Part shown: piece by piece, positions 17,805 to 27,981 of the stretch | Layout of the letters: each line of letters opens with the position of its first letter | Numbering within the stretch: the stretch's first letter is position 1 | Assembly (NCBI GenBank): GCA_947624235.1 | Contig: CANQJK010000001.1 | Coordinates: 4,153-68,152, forward strand | Source: an uncultured Clostridia bacterium | GTDB taxonomy: Bacteria; Bacillota; Clostridia; Christensenellales; CAG-314 | Direction of reading: 5' to 3' | Length of the DNA: 64,000 bases | Position numbers and translations under genes: made by a program | Notes under the pieces: model-generated | What the model saw: only the letters and a program-made list of their open reading frames with translations | What the model was told of the DNA's origin: nothing | Databases searched by the model: none

Positions 17805-19046
17805 TCAATCGACGACCGTTATTTTTGCGCCCAATTTGCAAAGATTTTGCGCCAAATCGGAATATCCGCGATTTATGTGCTCCACCCCTTTCACGGTAGA
17901 TTTTCCGTTTGCGGAAAGCGTTGCGATCACCAACCCCGCTCCTCCTCGAAGGTCTTTTGCGGTGACGACTGCGGGGTGCAATTTTCGCCCTTTTACCGTG
18001 GCGATATTTCCGCTGATAGCGATATCTGCGCCCATGCGGGATAACTCCGTGGCGTTGTGCATAAGTCGGTTTTCGAACAGTTTTTCCTCAATATGCGTTG
18101 TGCCTTCGGCGACGCAAGCAAGAGACAGCAACAGCGACTGCATGTCCGTGGGAAACCCTGGATAAGGCGCAGTGGAAACGTCGCCGTAGCCCGAAGCGGG
18201 GCGCATGGCGTTCAATTTGACGGCGTCATCGTACTTTTTTACGCAAAAATGCGGGCTTAACACGCTCAAAAACGCGTCCAGATGTTGCGGGATACATTTT
18301 GTGACCGTTACGTCTCCCAAAGTCGCCACCGTGGCGGACAAATATGTCGCCGTGACTATGCGATCGGGAATTATGTCAAACTCCGTGCCATGTAGCTCGT
18401 CCGTGCCGACAATGGTAAGATCCGATCCGCCTACGCCGTATATCGTCGCGCCCATTTGCACCAACATTTGTTCCAAAGCCACCACTTCCGGTTCCGTCGC
18501 ACAATTGTACAAACGGCTTGTGCCCTTTGCCAAAGCGCATGCGCAAAGCATATTTTCCGTCGCCCCGACGCTGGCAAAACGCAATTTGTAGTTTGTTCCT
18601 TCGGGCGAACCGCAACAACTGACCATTTCGTCGTCGATCATCGTTTCCACTCCCAGCGCCCTCAAACCGTCGATATGTATGTCCATGGGACGAGCGCCGA
18701 TCGCACAACCCCCGGGCAAAGGAAGCGCTATTTTGCCGTATTTGGCGACCGTACTGCCCAAAACAAGCGCCGATCCGCGTAGCAACGTGGCGATGTTCCT
18801 CGGCGCGCATATTGTGGTAAGCTCGCCCCAGACGGTTACCGTATCATTTTCACGAACGATCTTTTTGCCCATGGAAACAAGTAAGGCAAGCATGTTCTCA
18901 ACATCTGCAATTTCGGGACAATTTTTCAACGTTACCGCGTCTTTGGTCAAAACGGTAGCGCCAAGCAACGCCAAAGCACAATTTTTGGCGCCGTAAACTT
19001 CTATTTCTCCGTGAAGTCTGCGACCGCCGTCAACTATGTATTCCAT
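17805..19046 (-). CDS. murA: UDP-N-acetylglucosamine 1-carboxyvinyltransferase
   Basis: 413 aa. MurA fold repeats and active-site loop LPLPGGCAIGARPMDIH. Confidence 0.95.
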   Translation of the reverse strand: MEYIVDGGRRLHGEIEVYGAKNCALALLGATVLTKDAVTLKNCPEIADVENMLALLVSMGKKIVRENDTVTVWGELTTICAPRNIATLLRGSALVLGSTVAKYGKIALPLPGGCAIGARPMDIHIDGLRALGVETMIDDEMVSCCGSPEGTNYKLRFASVGATENMLCACALAKGTSRLYNCATEPEVVALEQMLVQMGATIYGVGGSDLTIVGTDELHGTEFDIIPDRIVTATYLSATVATLGDVTVTKCIPQHLDAFLSVLSPHFCVKKYDDAVKLNAMRPASGYGDVSTAPYPGFPTDMQSLLLSLACVAEGTTHIEEKLFENRLMHNATELSRMGADIAISGNIATVKGRKLHPAVVTAKDLRGGAGLVIATLSANGKSTVKGVEHINRGYSDLAQNLCKLGAKITVVD

Positions 19047-20149
19047 AATTTTTCCCCCAAACCGTTGTCATATACATTTGATGATAAGTTGAGCATAACG
19101 CCCATTGCCGTCATAAAAACCACCAGGGATGTTCCGCCGTAACTGATAAAGGGCAACGGCAAACCCGTCGGAGGAATACTACCCGTTACCACGGCGAAAT
19201 TGAGCAAAGACTGCACTGCTACGACGGCGGAAATTCCGCCCGCAAGATAACAACGAAACTTGTCGCGACTGTTGACGGCAATACGAACTCCGCGAACTAT
19301 CACTACCGCATACAGGGCAAAAACCGCAAGACAACCGAAAAGTCCCGTTTCCTCGCCTATCACCGAAAAGATAAAATCACTCTCCGCAAACGGCAAAAAG
19401 CGATATTTCTGTCTGCTGTTAAACAAGCCGACGCCAAACCACCCTCCGCCTCCCAAGGCATAAAGGGACTGGATCAACTGATACCCTTCGTCTTTTGGCG
19501 AAGCCCACGGATCGATAAACGCCAAAAGCCGTTGCAGTCTGTACGGTTCCATTATTATCAACAAAGGAACAGCCAGCGCAATCGGCACGAGCATGAGCAA
19601 AAAATACTTCCATTTCATTCCGCCGATAAAGAGCATTATAACCATTAGCATTGCCATGCACATGGTAATGGACATGTTGGGTTCTGCAATGATGAGTGCG
19701 CAAAACAATATACCGACGCCAATAGGCAACAGACAGCAACGCAGTTTGGACATATCCGCTTTGGACATGTACACGGCGCAAAACAACACATAAGCAAACT
19801 TGGCGATCTCCGACGGTTGCATGGAAAAACTTCCCACTCCTATCCAACGGCGCGCTCCGTAATTTTCTATGCTTATCCCCGGAACAAAAACCAAAACAAG
19901 CAAAATTACCGAAATAACAATGCCCGCTATCCACAACTTTTTGATGAAATCGATGTTGATCTTGGATGCGACAAGCATGGCGACCAAACCAACAAGCGCG
20001 CCTATCGCCTGCTTGGTAAAAAAGAAATATTTGTTGCCGTAGGCGATCTCGGCGGAATAGGAGCTTGCACTGTAAACGAACACCAACCCTATTACCACTA
20101 ACGCCAATACGGAGCACAACAATATGTAATCAATTTTTTTGCTCGTCAC
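19034..20149 (-). CDS. ftsW: peptidoglycan glycosyltransferase FtsW/SpoVE (SEDS family)
   Basis: 371 aa polytopic protein with SEDS motifs (FLPFAESDFIFSVIGEETG, PFISYGGTS). Confidence 0.92.
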   Translation of the reverse strand: MTSKKIDYILLCSVLALVVIGLVFVYSASSYSAEIAYGNKYFFFTKQAIGALVGLVAMLVASKINIDFIKKLWIAGIVISVILLVLVFVPGISIENYGARRWIGVGSFSMQPSEIAKFAYVLFCAVYMSKADMSKLRCCLLPIGVGILFCALIIAEPNMSITMCMAMLMVIMLFIGGMKWKYFLLMLVPIALAVPLLIIMEPYRLQRLLAFIDPWASPKDEGYQLIQSLYALGGGGWFGVGLFNSRQKYRFLPFAESDFIFSVIGEETGLFGCLAVFALYAVVIVRGVRIAVNSRDKFRCYLAGGISAVVAVQSLLNFAVVTGSIPPTGLPLPFISYGGTSLVVFMTAMGVMLNLSSNVYDNGLGEKLWNT

Positions 20150-21422
20150 TTTTTATTTTTTCAACCGCCTTTATGAAATAGTTTCCTCGTTCTTCAAATC
20201 CGCAAAACTCGTCAAAACTGGCACAGGCATTGGACATCAGCACAATTCCGTTTAATGGCTTCATAACTTCGTAACACAGCTTCACGGCGATGTCCAAACT
20301 GTCGCATAAACGTATGTAAACGCCGTGTGTTTTACCGCATTCGGCAATGGCATGCGCCGTTTGTCCGACGGCGACTACCAGTCTGACGTTGCTTCCCATT
20401 TTGTCGAATATTTCGTCGTACCTTTCTCCTTTGTCGGATCCGCCCAAAATAAGCGCAAGATCCCCAGCAAAGCACTGCAATGCGCTGACGGTCGCATGTA
20501 CGTTTGTCGCTTTGCTGTCATTTATGAATGTCACACCGCAAATTGTATCCACATACTGCAATCTGTGCGGGAGAGGGCGGTAATCGGAAAGGGCGCGAAT
20601 TGCAACGGAAGGATCGACCTCGACGCAAGCGCATGCCAATATGGCGGATATCGCATTGGACAAATTGTGCTGGGCAAATCCCGCAATAGGCGTTGCGTCA
20701 AACGATCTTCTGTTGCCGTCAACGTTTACGGTCAATTGCCTTTCGTTATAATAACAGTCGGCGCCACTATCTCTCACTGAAAAGAACAATTTTGCACACT
20801 TGCAATTTTTGCTGAGCGCCATCACATTGGCGTCATCCATATTGAAAATCGCAAAGCCCTCCTTTTGATGGAGAAAATTATTTTGCTTGGCAAGCGCATA
20901 CGCCTCGAAACTGCCGTGATAATTGAGATGATCGGGCGCAAGATTGGTGAACACGCTGACATAAGGAGCAAAGTTTCGGCAATCGGCAAGCTGAAAACTC
21001 GAACTTTCCAACACTACTATCTCATCAGATCCGACATCTAAAACCTGCGACGAAAAAGGCACTCCTCCGTTTCCCAACAAACGCGTCTTTACGCCGTTGT
21101 CTTTCAAAATTTCGTATATCATTTCGCAGGTAGTCGTTTTGCCGTTTGTTCCAGTTACCGAGATGCACCTGCCTTTGCAAAAGGGAAAACAGTATTCCAA
21201 CTCACCCAATATTTTTGCACCTCTTTTTCGAGCCGAAACAAGACCTTTGGCAAAAGGAGGTACGCCGGGACTGACCAACACGACATTGTTCGAAGCGAGA
21301 TCGCAATCGCTATCGAACCCGAGACTGTCGTCATATTGAATTGCGTCTATATGCTGTTTTTGCAACATTTTTATCAAACTATTGCCCGTTTTGCCTCTGC
21401 CGTACACTATTATGTCTGACAT
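20130..21422 (-). CDS. murD: UDP-N-acetylmuramoylalanine--D-glutamate ligase
   Basis: 430 aa Mur ligase with P-loop VTGTNGKTTT, in the position between mraY and ftsW. Confidence 0.92.
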   Translation of the reverse strand: MSDIIVYGRGKTGNSLIKMLQKQHIDAIQYDDSLGFDSDCDLASNNVVLVSPGVPPFAKGLVSARKRGAKILGELEYCFPFCKGRCISVTGTNGKTTTCEMIYEILKDNGVKTRLLGNGGVPFSSQVLDVGSDEIVVLESSSFQLADCRNFAPYVSVFTNLAPDHLNYHGSFEAYALAKQNNFLHQKEGFAIFNMDDANVMALSKNCKCAKLFFSVRDSGADCYYNERQLTVNVDGNRRSFDATPIAGFAQHNLSNAISAILACACVEVDPSVAIRALSDYRPLPHRLQYVDTICGVTFINDSKATNVHATVSALQCFAGDLALILGGSDKGERYDEIFDKMGSNVRLVVAVGQTAHAIAECGKTHGVYIRLCDSLDIAVKLCYEVMKPLNGIVLMSNACASFDEFCGFEERGNYFIKAVEKIKSDEQKN

Positions 21423-21423
21423 A

Positions 21424-22416
21424 TTATTCTCCGAAACCCAGCAAAATTAAAGTTATCGATACTGTAACTATGCAATACAGCACGCATATGCGCGTTTCGC
21501 TCCACCCTTTTTTTTGCAAGTGATGATGAAAGGGCGCCATGAGGAAAATTCGTTTTCCCTTGGTGAATTTAAAATACGCGACCTGCATTATTACCGACAT
21601 ACTGGACACGACGAACATGATGCCCACTATGGGTATAAACAGGCTCATACGGCTGAATATCGCTACGCACGCCACGATAGCGCCCAACGCGAGAGAACCC
21701 GTGTCGCCCATAAACACCTTGGCGTCGTTGCAATTGAAAAGCAAAAATGCGACAAGCGCACCGCAACTTACGTAACAAAGAGAGATCAAATCGAGCGTTT
21801 GTTTGTAACCGTAGGTATCGCCCACTCCTTCCAGCGTTACCAGTTCTTTTTTGAGCAACGCTATCATTCCCGCAAGGAAACAAATCGTTGTACTCGTAGC
21901 CAATCCGTCAATACCGTCCGTCAAATTGACGCTGTTTGTGCAGGCAAGATATATGAATATCACAAGCGGTATTATCCAATATCCGATATCTGCTTGTTTA
22001 TCGGTAAACGGAATACGGATACGTCCGCCTATCGATATGTCAGAGTAAACAAAAACGGCGACCAATACGGCAATGGCAAGCTGTACGAGAATTTTTTGGT
22101 ATGCGTGCAAACCCATGTTTCGTTTGTAATGTATTTTGATAAAATCATCCAAAAACCCCACTACGCCATATGCGACAAACACCGCGATCGCAACCGCCGT
22201 GGCTCTGTTGGACCAATCGCAAAAAACGGAAGAAACAAGGCTGATCGCCAAAATAAATGCGATCCCGCCCATTGTGGGAGTTCCTTGCTTGTTGCTGTGC
22301 TCCGTAACGTATTGCAATATTTCTTGACCTGCTTTAAGTTTTTTTAGCAGGGGCAATAACATTGCGCAAAACAGCAAGCAAAGTATAAACGACGCCAAAA
22401 AAGAAATTTCCCGCAT
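21424..22416 (-). CDS. mraY: phospho-N-acetylmuramoyl-pentapeptide transferase
   Basis: 330 aa polytopic protein with MraY motifs (GTPTMGG, NLTDGIDGLA, MGDTGSLALG). Confidence 0.96.
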   Translation of the reverse strand: MREISFLASFILCLLFCAMLLPLLKKLKAGQEILQYVTEHSNKQGTPTMGGIAFILAISLVSSVFCDWSNRATAVAIAVFVAYGVVGFLDDFIKIHYKRNMGLHAYQKILVQLAIAVLVAVFVYSDISIGGRIRIPFTDKQADIGYWIIPLVIFIYLACTNSVNLTDGIDGLATSTTICFLAGMIALLKKELVTLEGVGDTYGYKQTLDLISLCYVSCGALVAFLLFNCNDAKVFMGDTGSLALGAIVACVAIFSRMSLFIPIVGIMFVVSSMSVIMQVAYFKFTKGKRIFLMAPFHHHLQKKGWSETRICVLYCIVTVSITLILLGFGE

Positions 22417-22444
22417 AACGCTCCTTTACTTCATCAAATATGTA

Positions 22445-23878
22445 CTAATCTACCCTCAACAGGTTTCGCACCACCTCGATATCCGAATAGGGAAATTTGC
22501 GTCCCCTTATTTCCTGATATTCTTCCGCGCCTTTACCGAGGATCGCGACAGTATCTTTGCCCGTAGCGATAGACAGCGCGTATTCCGTAGCTTGCGAGCG
22601 GTTGAGAATTATTTTATACCTGCAACTCAATGCTTCCGATACGTCGCGCGCGATCAATTTAGGATCTTCAAAACGCGGATTATCGTTGGTCAATACGGCA
22701 AAATCGGCATACAAAGATACTTTTTTCGCCATGAGCGGGCGCTTAAATTTGTCGCGATTGCCTCCGCATCCGAACACGACGATCAAATTTCCCTCGCACG
22801 TTTTTTTGAGAAAAGACAGTATGTTGTTTATTCCGTCGGGAGTGTGAGCAAAGTCCACCACAATACGCGCTCCGTCCGATCGAATGAGCGTTTCGTTGCG
22901 ACCGCTGACGCACTCCACTTCGCCTATCGCGTTAGCCACCGTATCTATATCAACGCCCAAAATGCTTGCGCATGTGGCGCTTGCAAGAGTATTGTACACA
23001 TTAAAAATACCCGCAAGTCGCGTTTTTATCATCGCATTCTGCCCAAATATTTGCAATTTGTAGGAAGAACCGTCCTTTTCTATGTTGACGTCGGACGCTA
23101 TCGCGTCGGCTTTGGAGTTTATCGCGTATGTTGCCGACGGGAGCATTTCGGCTATTTCTCTGCCCAGTTCGTCGTCTGCGTTCGTAACTACATTTTTGAC
23201 AAATTCAGAGGCAAAAAAACTCCTTTTGGTATCGCGGTAATTTTCCATTGTGCGAAAAAAGTCCAGGTGATCCTGCGAAAAGTTCGTAAAGACCGCCACC
23301 TCGGATGTTATGCCGTACATTTTGCGCAAAGCAATGGCGTGTGCCGAAACCTCCATGACCGCTATATCGACCTTGTTGAGATACATCTGTCTGAACCAAT
23401 AATGCAGTTCGATCGGATCGGGAGTCGTCAGCGACGTCGCATGGCGCTGTCCGTTAAAAAACACGCCGTTTGTGCCTATAACAGCCGTATTGTATCCTGC
23501 TTTGCTCAATATCGCTTCCAATATATATGAAGTGGAAGTTTTTCCGTTTGTACCCACCACAGACACTATTTTCAACTTATCGCAACAGCGATCGAAAAAG
23601 TTTTTCGAAGCGATGCACATGACGGTACGCACATCCTCAACTACGATCTGCAACGCCTTTGTTTCCAACGGATGATCGCATACTATGGCAACGGCTCCGT
23701 CGCCTATGGCTTTACGGAAAAAATTGTGCCCGTCGTATTTGGTCCCTTTAAGACAAAAAAACAGACAGCCTTGCTTTATTGTAGACGTATCGCAGGATAG
23801 GGACTGAATATCGGGGTTGCCCTCTCCTATTATTTTGTAACAAGCACCGTTAAGTATCTGTTGAAGATACATTTGCAA
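22445..23878 (-). CDS. murE: UDP-N-acetylmuramoyl-L-alanyl-D-glutamate--2,6-diaminopimelate ligase
   Basis: 477 aa Mur ligase (VGTNGKTSTS) with a DNPR motif (LTNDNPRFEDP), which indicates meso-DAP specificity. Confidence 0.92.
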   Translation of the reverse strand: MQMYLQQILNGACYKIIGEGNPDIQSLSCDTSTIKQGCLFFCLKGTKYDGHNFFRKAIGDGAVAIVCDHPLETKALQIVVEDVRTVMCIASKNFFDRCCDKLKIVSVVGTNGKTSTSYILEAILSKAGYNTAVIGTNGVFFNGQRHATSLTTPDPIELHYWFRQMYLNKVDIAVMEVSAHAIALRKMYGITSEVAVFTNFSQDHLDFFRTMENYRDTKRSFFASEFVKNVVTNADDELGREIAEMLPSATYAINSKADAIASDVNIEKDGSSYKLQIFGQNAMIKTRLAGIFNVYNTLASATCASILGVDIDTVANAIGEVECVSGRNETLIRSDGARIVVDFAHTPDGINNILSFLKKTCEGNLIVVFGCGGNRDKFKRPLMAKKVSLYADFAVLTNDNPRFEDPKLIARDVSEALSCRYKIILNRSQATEYALSIATGKDTVAILGKGAEEYQEIRGRKFPYSDIEVVRNLLRVD

Positions 23879-23976
23879 ACTCCGAAAAAAAAAATAATCC
23901 GTACGCTTTTATGTACAGATTATTTTATTTGTTTTTATTGTTAAATATGATTGCGCATGCAATACGTTTTGTTTGC

Positions 23977-25758
23977 CTATTCGCACGGAGGTATATTTTT
24001 GTAATTTATTATTTCCCTAAACACCAAACCTGCATACGGTGCCGCAACGATAGATCCGTAACTCTGCCCCTGCGGTTCGTCCACTATCATCAAAACAAGG
24101 TATTTGGGATCGGACGCAGGGAAAAACCCAACGAATGAGGAAACATATTTGCCCGTTGCCAAGGCGCCGTTTACAAATTTTTGCGCTGTTCCCGTTTTTC
24201 CGCCCACCTGATAACCGTCTATTTTGGCATTTTTTCCTCCGCCTTCGTCTACGACGCGTTGCAACATTTTGGCTATTTGCTTGCTCGTTTCCTCGCTTAT
24301 CGCACGGTTTACCACCGTGGGCGAAAATCTTTTCACCACCTGTCCCGTTGTCGGATCGGATATTTGCTTTACCAAATACGGTCGCATAAGCAACCCGCCG
24401 TTTACGGCGGCGCCCGTTGCCATACAAAGTTGCAATGCCGTCACTGCAATAGTCTGTCCGAAACCTATACGAGCCAGATCTCCGTTTGTAACGGAAGCCC
24501 GCGGAACTAAAATACCCGCCTGCTCTCCCGCAAAATCAATGCCCGTTACGTTTCCGTAACCGAATTTTTCAAGATATTCGTACATCGTATCTTTACCGAG
24601 AGACAGGGCGATATCTGTAAAAATAGGGTTACAACTGTTGTTCAATGCGTCGGAAAGATTTTGATTGGAATGTTTTCCGTTGGCATGTTTGGTCCAACAG
24701 CTTATTTTGGAACCGTCCACGATACGGATCCCCGATGAATTGCCGAAGATATGGTCCGCCGAAAAAGCCCGCGGATTTCCTTGACGGAATTCCTCCAAAC
24801 AGGCGGAAGCGGTAAGCACCTTAAAGGTGGAACCGGGTTCATACACATCGGTAAGCAATGTGTTTTTGGAATACTTCATCAGGTATTCGAGATCGTCCCT
24901 CGGCAAATCGTTAAGATCGACGCTCGGTTTGGAAGCCATTGCGAGAATTTCTCCCGTGGTCACATCCGTTACGATACATCTTGCGCCCTGCGGACTTTGC
25001 TGATACATTGCAAGTTCCAATACGTTCTCGACGATCGTTTGTATCACGGAATCTATCGTCAATGTAACCGTCATGCCGTTGACGGCAGGGATATACGTTG
25101 TGGAACCGCCGTCCAACTCATCGCCTACAAGGTCCGTTTCCGTGAGAAGCAATCCGTTGATGCCCTGTAAATATTTGTCGTAATACGCCTCTATACCCGT
25201 TTGTCCGACGCCGTCAGAGGACACGAAACCCAGCACCTGAGATAAAAAATCCCCGTACACATAGCTTCTCAGCCCCTCGGAAGCGAGATAAATTCCTTCC
25301 AATTGACACTCGCGAATTTTTTCCGCCACGTCGCTTGTTATCTGACGTTGGATAGTCACCTCGGAAATGCCTCTTTTGGTTATTTTATCATACACCGTTT
25401 GGTAATCCGTTTGCAATATCGCCGACAATTCGTTTGCGACGCGCTCGGGATCTTCCACGCTTTGAGGACGGACATATACGCTGTAACCAGTTTTTGTTGT
25501 GGCAAGCAGATTTCCGTTGGTATCGCATATATCTCCGCGGTATGCTTTGATAGGCAGATCGCGTTGCCATTGCTCCGACGCTCGGGCTTGGAGTTTTTTG
25601 CCCCAAATTACTTGTATATACCCCAAACGCAAAAATATGACTGATAATAAAAAAATTGCCATCACAACGAGCGATAGCAATCTCTTTTTTGTTATATAAT
25701 AGCTGTTTTGCAAATCAGCCCCCGAATACACTGCTGAACCAATCGCACAACGAGTCAA
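23977..25758 (-). CDS. class B penicillin-binding protein (FtsI/PBP2B/SpoVD-type transpeptidase)
   Basis: 593 aa. N-terminal TM anchor, dimerisation domain, and transpeptidase motifs STFK, SCN and KTGT. Confidence 0.92.
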   Translation of the reverse strand: MTRCAIGSAVYSGADLQNSYYITKKRLLSLVVMAIFLLSVIFLRLGYIQVIWGKKLQARASEQWQRDLPIKAYRGDICDTNGNLLATTKTGYSVYVRPQSVEDPERVANELSAILQTDYQTVYDKITKRGISEVTIQRQITSDVAEKIRECQLEGIYLASEGLRSYVYGDFLSQVLGFVSSDGVGQTGIEAYYDKYLQGINGLLLTETDLVGDELDGGSTTYIPAVNGMTVTLTIDSVIQTIVENVLELAMYQQSPQGARCIVTDVTTGEILAMASKPSVDLNDLPRDDLEYLMKYSKNTLLTDVYEPGSTFKVLTASACLEEFRQGNPRAFSADHIFGNSSGIRIVDGSKISCWTKHANGKHSNQNLSDALNNSCNPIFTDIALSLGKDTMYEYLEKFGYGNVTGIDFAGEQAGILVPRASVTNGDLARIGFGQTIAVTALQLCMATGAAVNGGLLMRPYLVKQISDPTTGQVVKRFSPTVVNRAISEETSKQIAKMLQRVVDEGGGKNAKIDGYQVGGKTGTAQKFVNGALATGKYVSSFVGFFPASDPKYLVLMIVDEPQGQSYGSIVAAPYAGLVFREIINYKNIPPCE

Positions 25759-26332
25759 ACCAGTTGGATTCGACCGAGAAATTTTGTGCAGGCCTTGTCT
25801 CGAGTTCGGTATAGTTCATGGTATTTGAACGCGACGCGTCTATATATCCGAGTTCTGTTGCACGTCTGTCCAGATCCTCGAAGTTTTCCATTTGCGATTG
25901 AGCGGTCAGTTGCTCTACCGATTTGGAAAGTTCCGAGTACTCTGCGCTACTCAATATAGCCGTTCCGAACGAGTTGGAAACGGATACTGCGCAAAGCGTA
26001 ACCGCCAAAATAAGCAACAGCACGACAAATGCGTAGCTTGCGACCATGACCTTTTCCTTGGTGGACAGTTTGCTTGCGGTGTGAGTTTTCGTCGCAGAGT
26101 AATCGCGATGATAACTCATCGAAAGCGTTTGAGACGAGGGCATAACGTCGGGAGACGCGTCGGATATATCGGCACTCTCCGTTGTTGCTGACACGCCGAG
26201 TTTAAGCTCTATCTCGTCCATCGAGAAATCCGTATTTTCTTCTGCTGTTTTCGAAACGGACGTTTCTATATCGGAGTAAACGTCTTGTTTCGGTTGTTGA
26301 TATCTGTCGTTGTTCCATTGCATAGTATTCAC
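25715..26332 (-). CDS. ftsL: FtsL-like cell division protein with long N-terminal extension
   Basis: 205 aa. One TM (VMVASYAFVVLLLILAVTLCAV) and an FtsL-like RRATELGYID segment. Located between rsmH and the PBP gene. Confidence 0.5.
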   Translation of the reverse strand: MNTMQWNNDRYQQPKQDVYSDIETSVSKTAEENTDFSMDEIELKLGVSATTESADISDASPDVMPSSQTLSMSYHRDYSATKTHTASKLSTKEKVMVASYAFVVLLLILAVTLCAVSVSNSFGTAILSSAEYSELSKSVEQLTAQSQMENFEDLDRRATELGYIDASRSNTMNYTELETRPAQNFSVESNWFDSLCDWFSSVFGG

Positions 26333-26347
26333 CGCCTTGCGATATTA

Positions 26348-27277
26348 TTACTTTTTGACAAATACTCTGAGCTTTGCGCTTTGAGATCGGGGGTTGTTAC
26401 GTTGTTCTTTTAGTGAAGGGGTAACGGGCTTTTTTGTGAGCACCACGCCCTTGGCTCTGTGGTTGCACACGCATACGGGCAAATTCGAAGGACAAATGCA
26501 ATCTGTTGCAAAATCCGCAAAACTTTGCTTTACTATGCGGTCCTCCAAGCTGTGGAAGCTTATCACGGCAAGTCTGCCGTTGTGAACGAGACGTTCGACC
26601 GCCTCCGACAAAAACTCGCTTAAACCGTCCAACTCTTTGTTGACCGCTATACGTAGCGCCTGAAAGGTTCGCTTTGCGGGATGACTGCCCTGTTTGCGAG
26701 AACAATGCGGAACAGATCTTTCTATCACGTCCACCAACTGTCCGCAAGTTTGCAAAGGCTGTTTTTGTCTTTCCGAAACGATGTTGCGTGCAATTGATTT
26801 TGCAAATTTTTCCTCGCCGTAGTCGCGTATTATGCGACACAGTTCCCATTCGGCGTAGTTATTTACGACATCCTTTGCCGTGAGCGCCTGAGACAGATCC
26901 ATTCGCATATCCAACGGCGCGTCCGATGACATATACGAAAATCCTCTTTCGGGATTGTCTATTTGGTAAGAACTTACGCCGAGATCGGCAAGTATTCCGT
27001 CCACTTTGTCTATACCCAGCGAATCCAGCACGTTTCCGAGTTCCTTAAAGTCGCTGTGTACAAAGCGAACGTCTCCTTTCGTCAACTTTTCTCTGCACGC
27101 TTCGAGCGCTTCTTCATCCTTGTCTATTGCAACAAGAGTTCCTTTGTCGAGCTTGTCCAATATTTTAGCGGAATGTCCGCCACCGCCTGCCGTGCAATCT
27201 ACATAGATCCCGTTGGGGTTTATATTTAGCGCATCGATAGACTCTTCCAAAAGTACCGATTTGTGTGAGTATATCAT
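26348..27277 (-). CDS. rsmH: 16S rRNA (cytosine1402-N4)-methyltransferase
   Basis: 309 aa. HKSVLLEE, DCTAGGGGHS, and DGILADLGVSSYQID motifs. Confidence 0.96.
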   Translation of the reverse strand: MIYSHKSVLLEESIDALNINPNGIYVDCTAGGGGHSAKILDKLDKGTLVAIDKDEEALEACREKLTKGDVRFVHSDFKELGNVLDSLGIDKVDGILADLGVSSYQIDNPERGFSYMSSDAPLDMRMDLSQALTAKDVVNNYAEWELCRIIRDYGEEKFAKSIARNIVSERQKQPLQTCGQLVDVIERSVPHCSRKQGSHPAKRTFQALRIAVNKELDGLSEFLSEAVERLVHNGRLAVISFHSLEDRIVKQSFADFATDCICPSNLPVCVCNHRAKGVVLTKKPVTPSLKEQRNNPRSQSAKLRVFVKK

Positions 27278-27726
27278 TGATCCTTATGCGTTGCGTAGTG
27301 TAATGTCATGTTCAATTTGTCGAACGCCTCGGAAGATTTGTCTTTTTTGCTGATACGCTCCAAATATTTTTCTTCGCTCCAAATTTCCACTCTGTTTATA
27401 ACGCCGACTATGCGAACATCTTTATCTATTTGTGCGATATTTATCAAATCGGTAGGCAACATAAATCTGCCTTGGGAATCCGCTTCCACCATTGCCGAAC
27501 ATTCCGAAAGACTGCGCAACGTTTCGGCGTTGTCTGCGCTGAACTCTCCGAGTTCGTTTACAACGCGAACGAACACATCCTCGGCAGAAGCGGGATACAA
27601 AGAGATGCAACCGGAAGTGCCGGGAAACAAAATGTACTCGTTACCGAGTATTTCGCGGTACTTTGCCGGAAGGCGTATTCTGTTTTTGTCATCCAACGTG
27701 TGTTGAAAGTTGCCTAACAGAAGCAC
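27274..27726 (-). CDS. mraZ: division/cell wall cluster transcriptional regulator MraZ
   Basis: The track ORF is N-terminally over-extended. GTG at 27726 follows AAGGAG and gives MLLLGNFQHTLDDKNRIRLPAKYRE, typical of MraZ. There is a 4-nt overlap with rsmH. Confidence 0.9.
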   Translation of the reverse strand: MLLLGNFQHTLDDKNRIRLPAKYREILGNEYILFPGTSGCISLYPASAEDVFVRVVNELGEFSADNAETLRSLSECSAMVEADSQGRFMLPTDLINIAQIDKDVRIVGVINRVEIWSEEKYLERISKKDKSSEAFDKLNMTLHYATHKDQ

Positions 27727-27756
27727 AACACTACACTCCTTGTATTTTGTACGTTC

Positions 27757-27797
27757 ATTGTAGCACAACTTTTAACCAATTTCAACCCTTTTTAACC
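27757..27797 (-). promoter_or_regulatory. dcw promoter overlapped by three phased direct repeats (candidate MraZ operator)
   Basis: Minus strand TGGTT-aaaaa-GGGTT-gaaat-TGGTT (27797..27773), exact 10-nt period. TTGAAA (27785..27780), 17 nt, TACAAT (27762..27757). Confidence 0.6.
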
Positions 27798-27981
27798 ATT
27801 TTGTCTCAAAAAACTTTTGAGAACTTGAAATTTAGCGAATTTGACGCTCAAATATGAAAATAAAAGAATAAAAATTTACTTTTGACGAACAATTATCAGC
27901 AAATTCGTCCCAAAAAATTTTCCACACGCATTTCGTAAAAAACGTTGCCTGCACTGCTGATATAAATATCATATCACAAAC

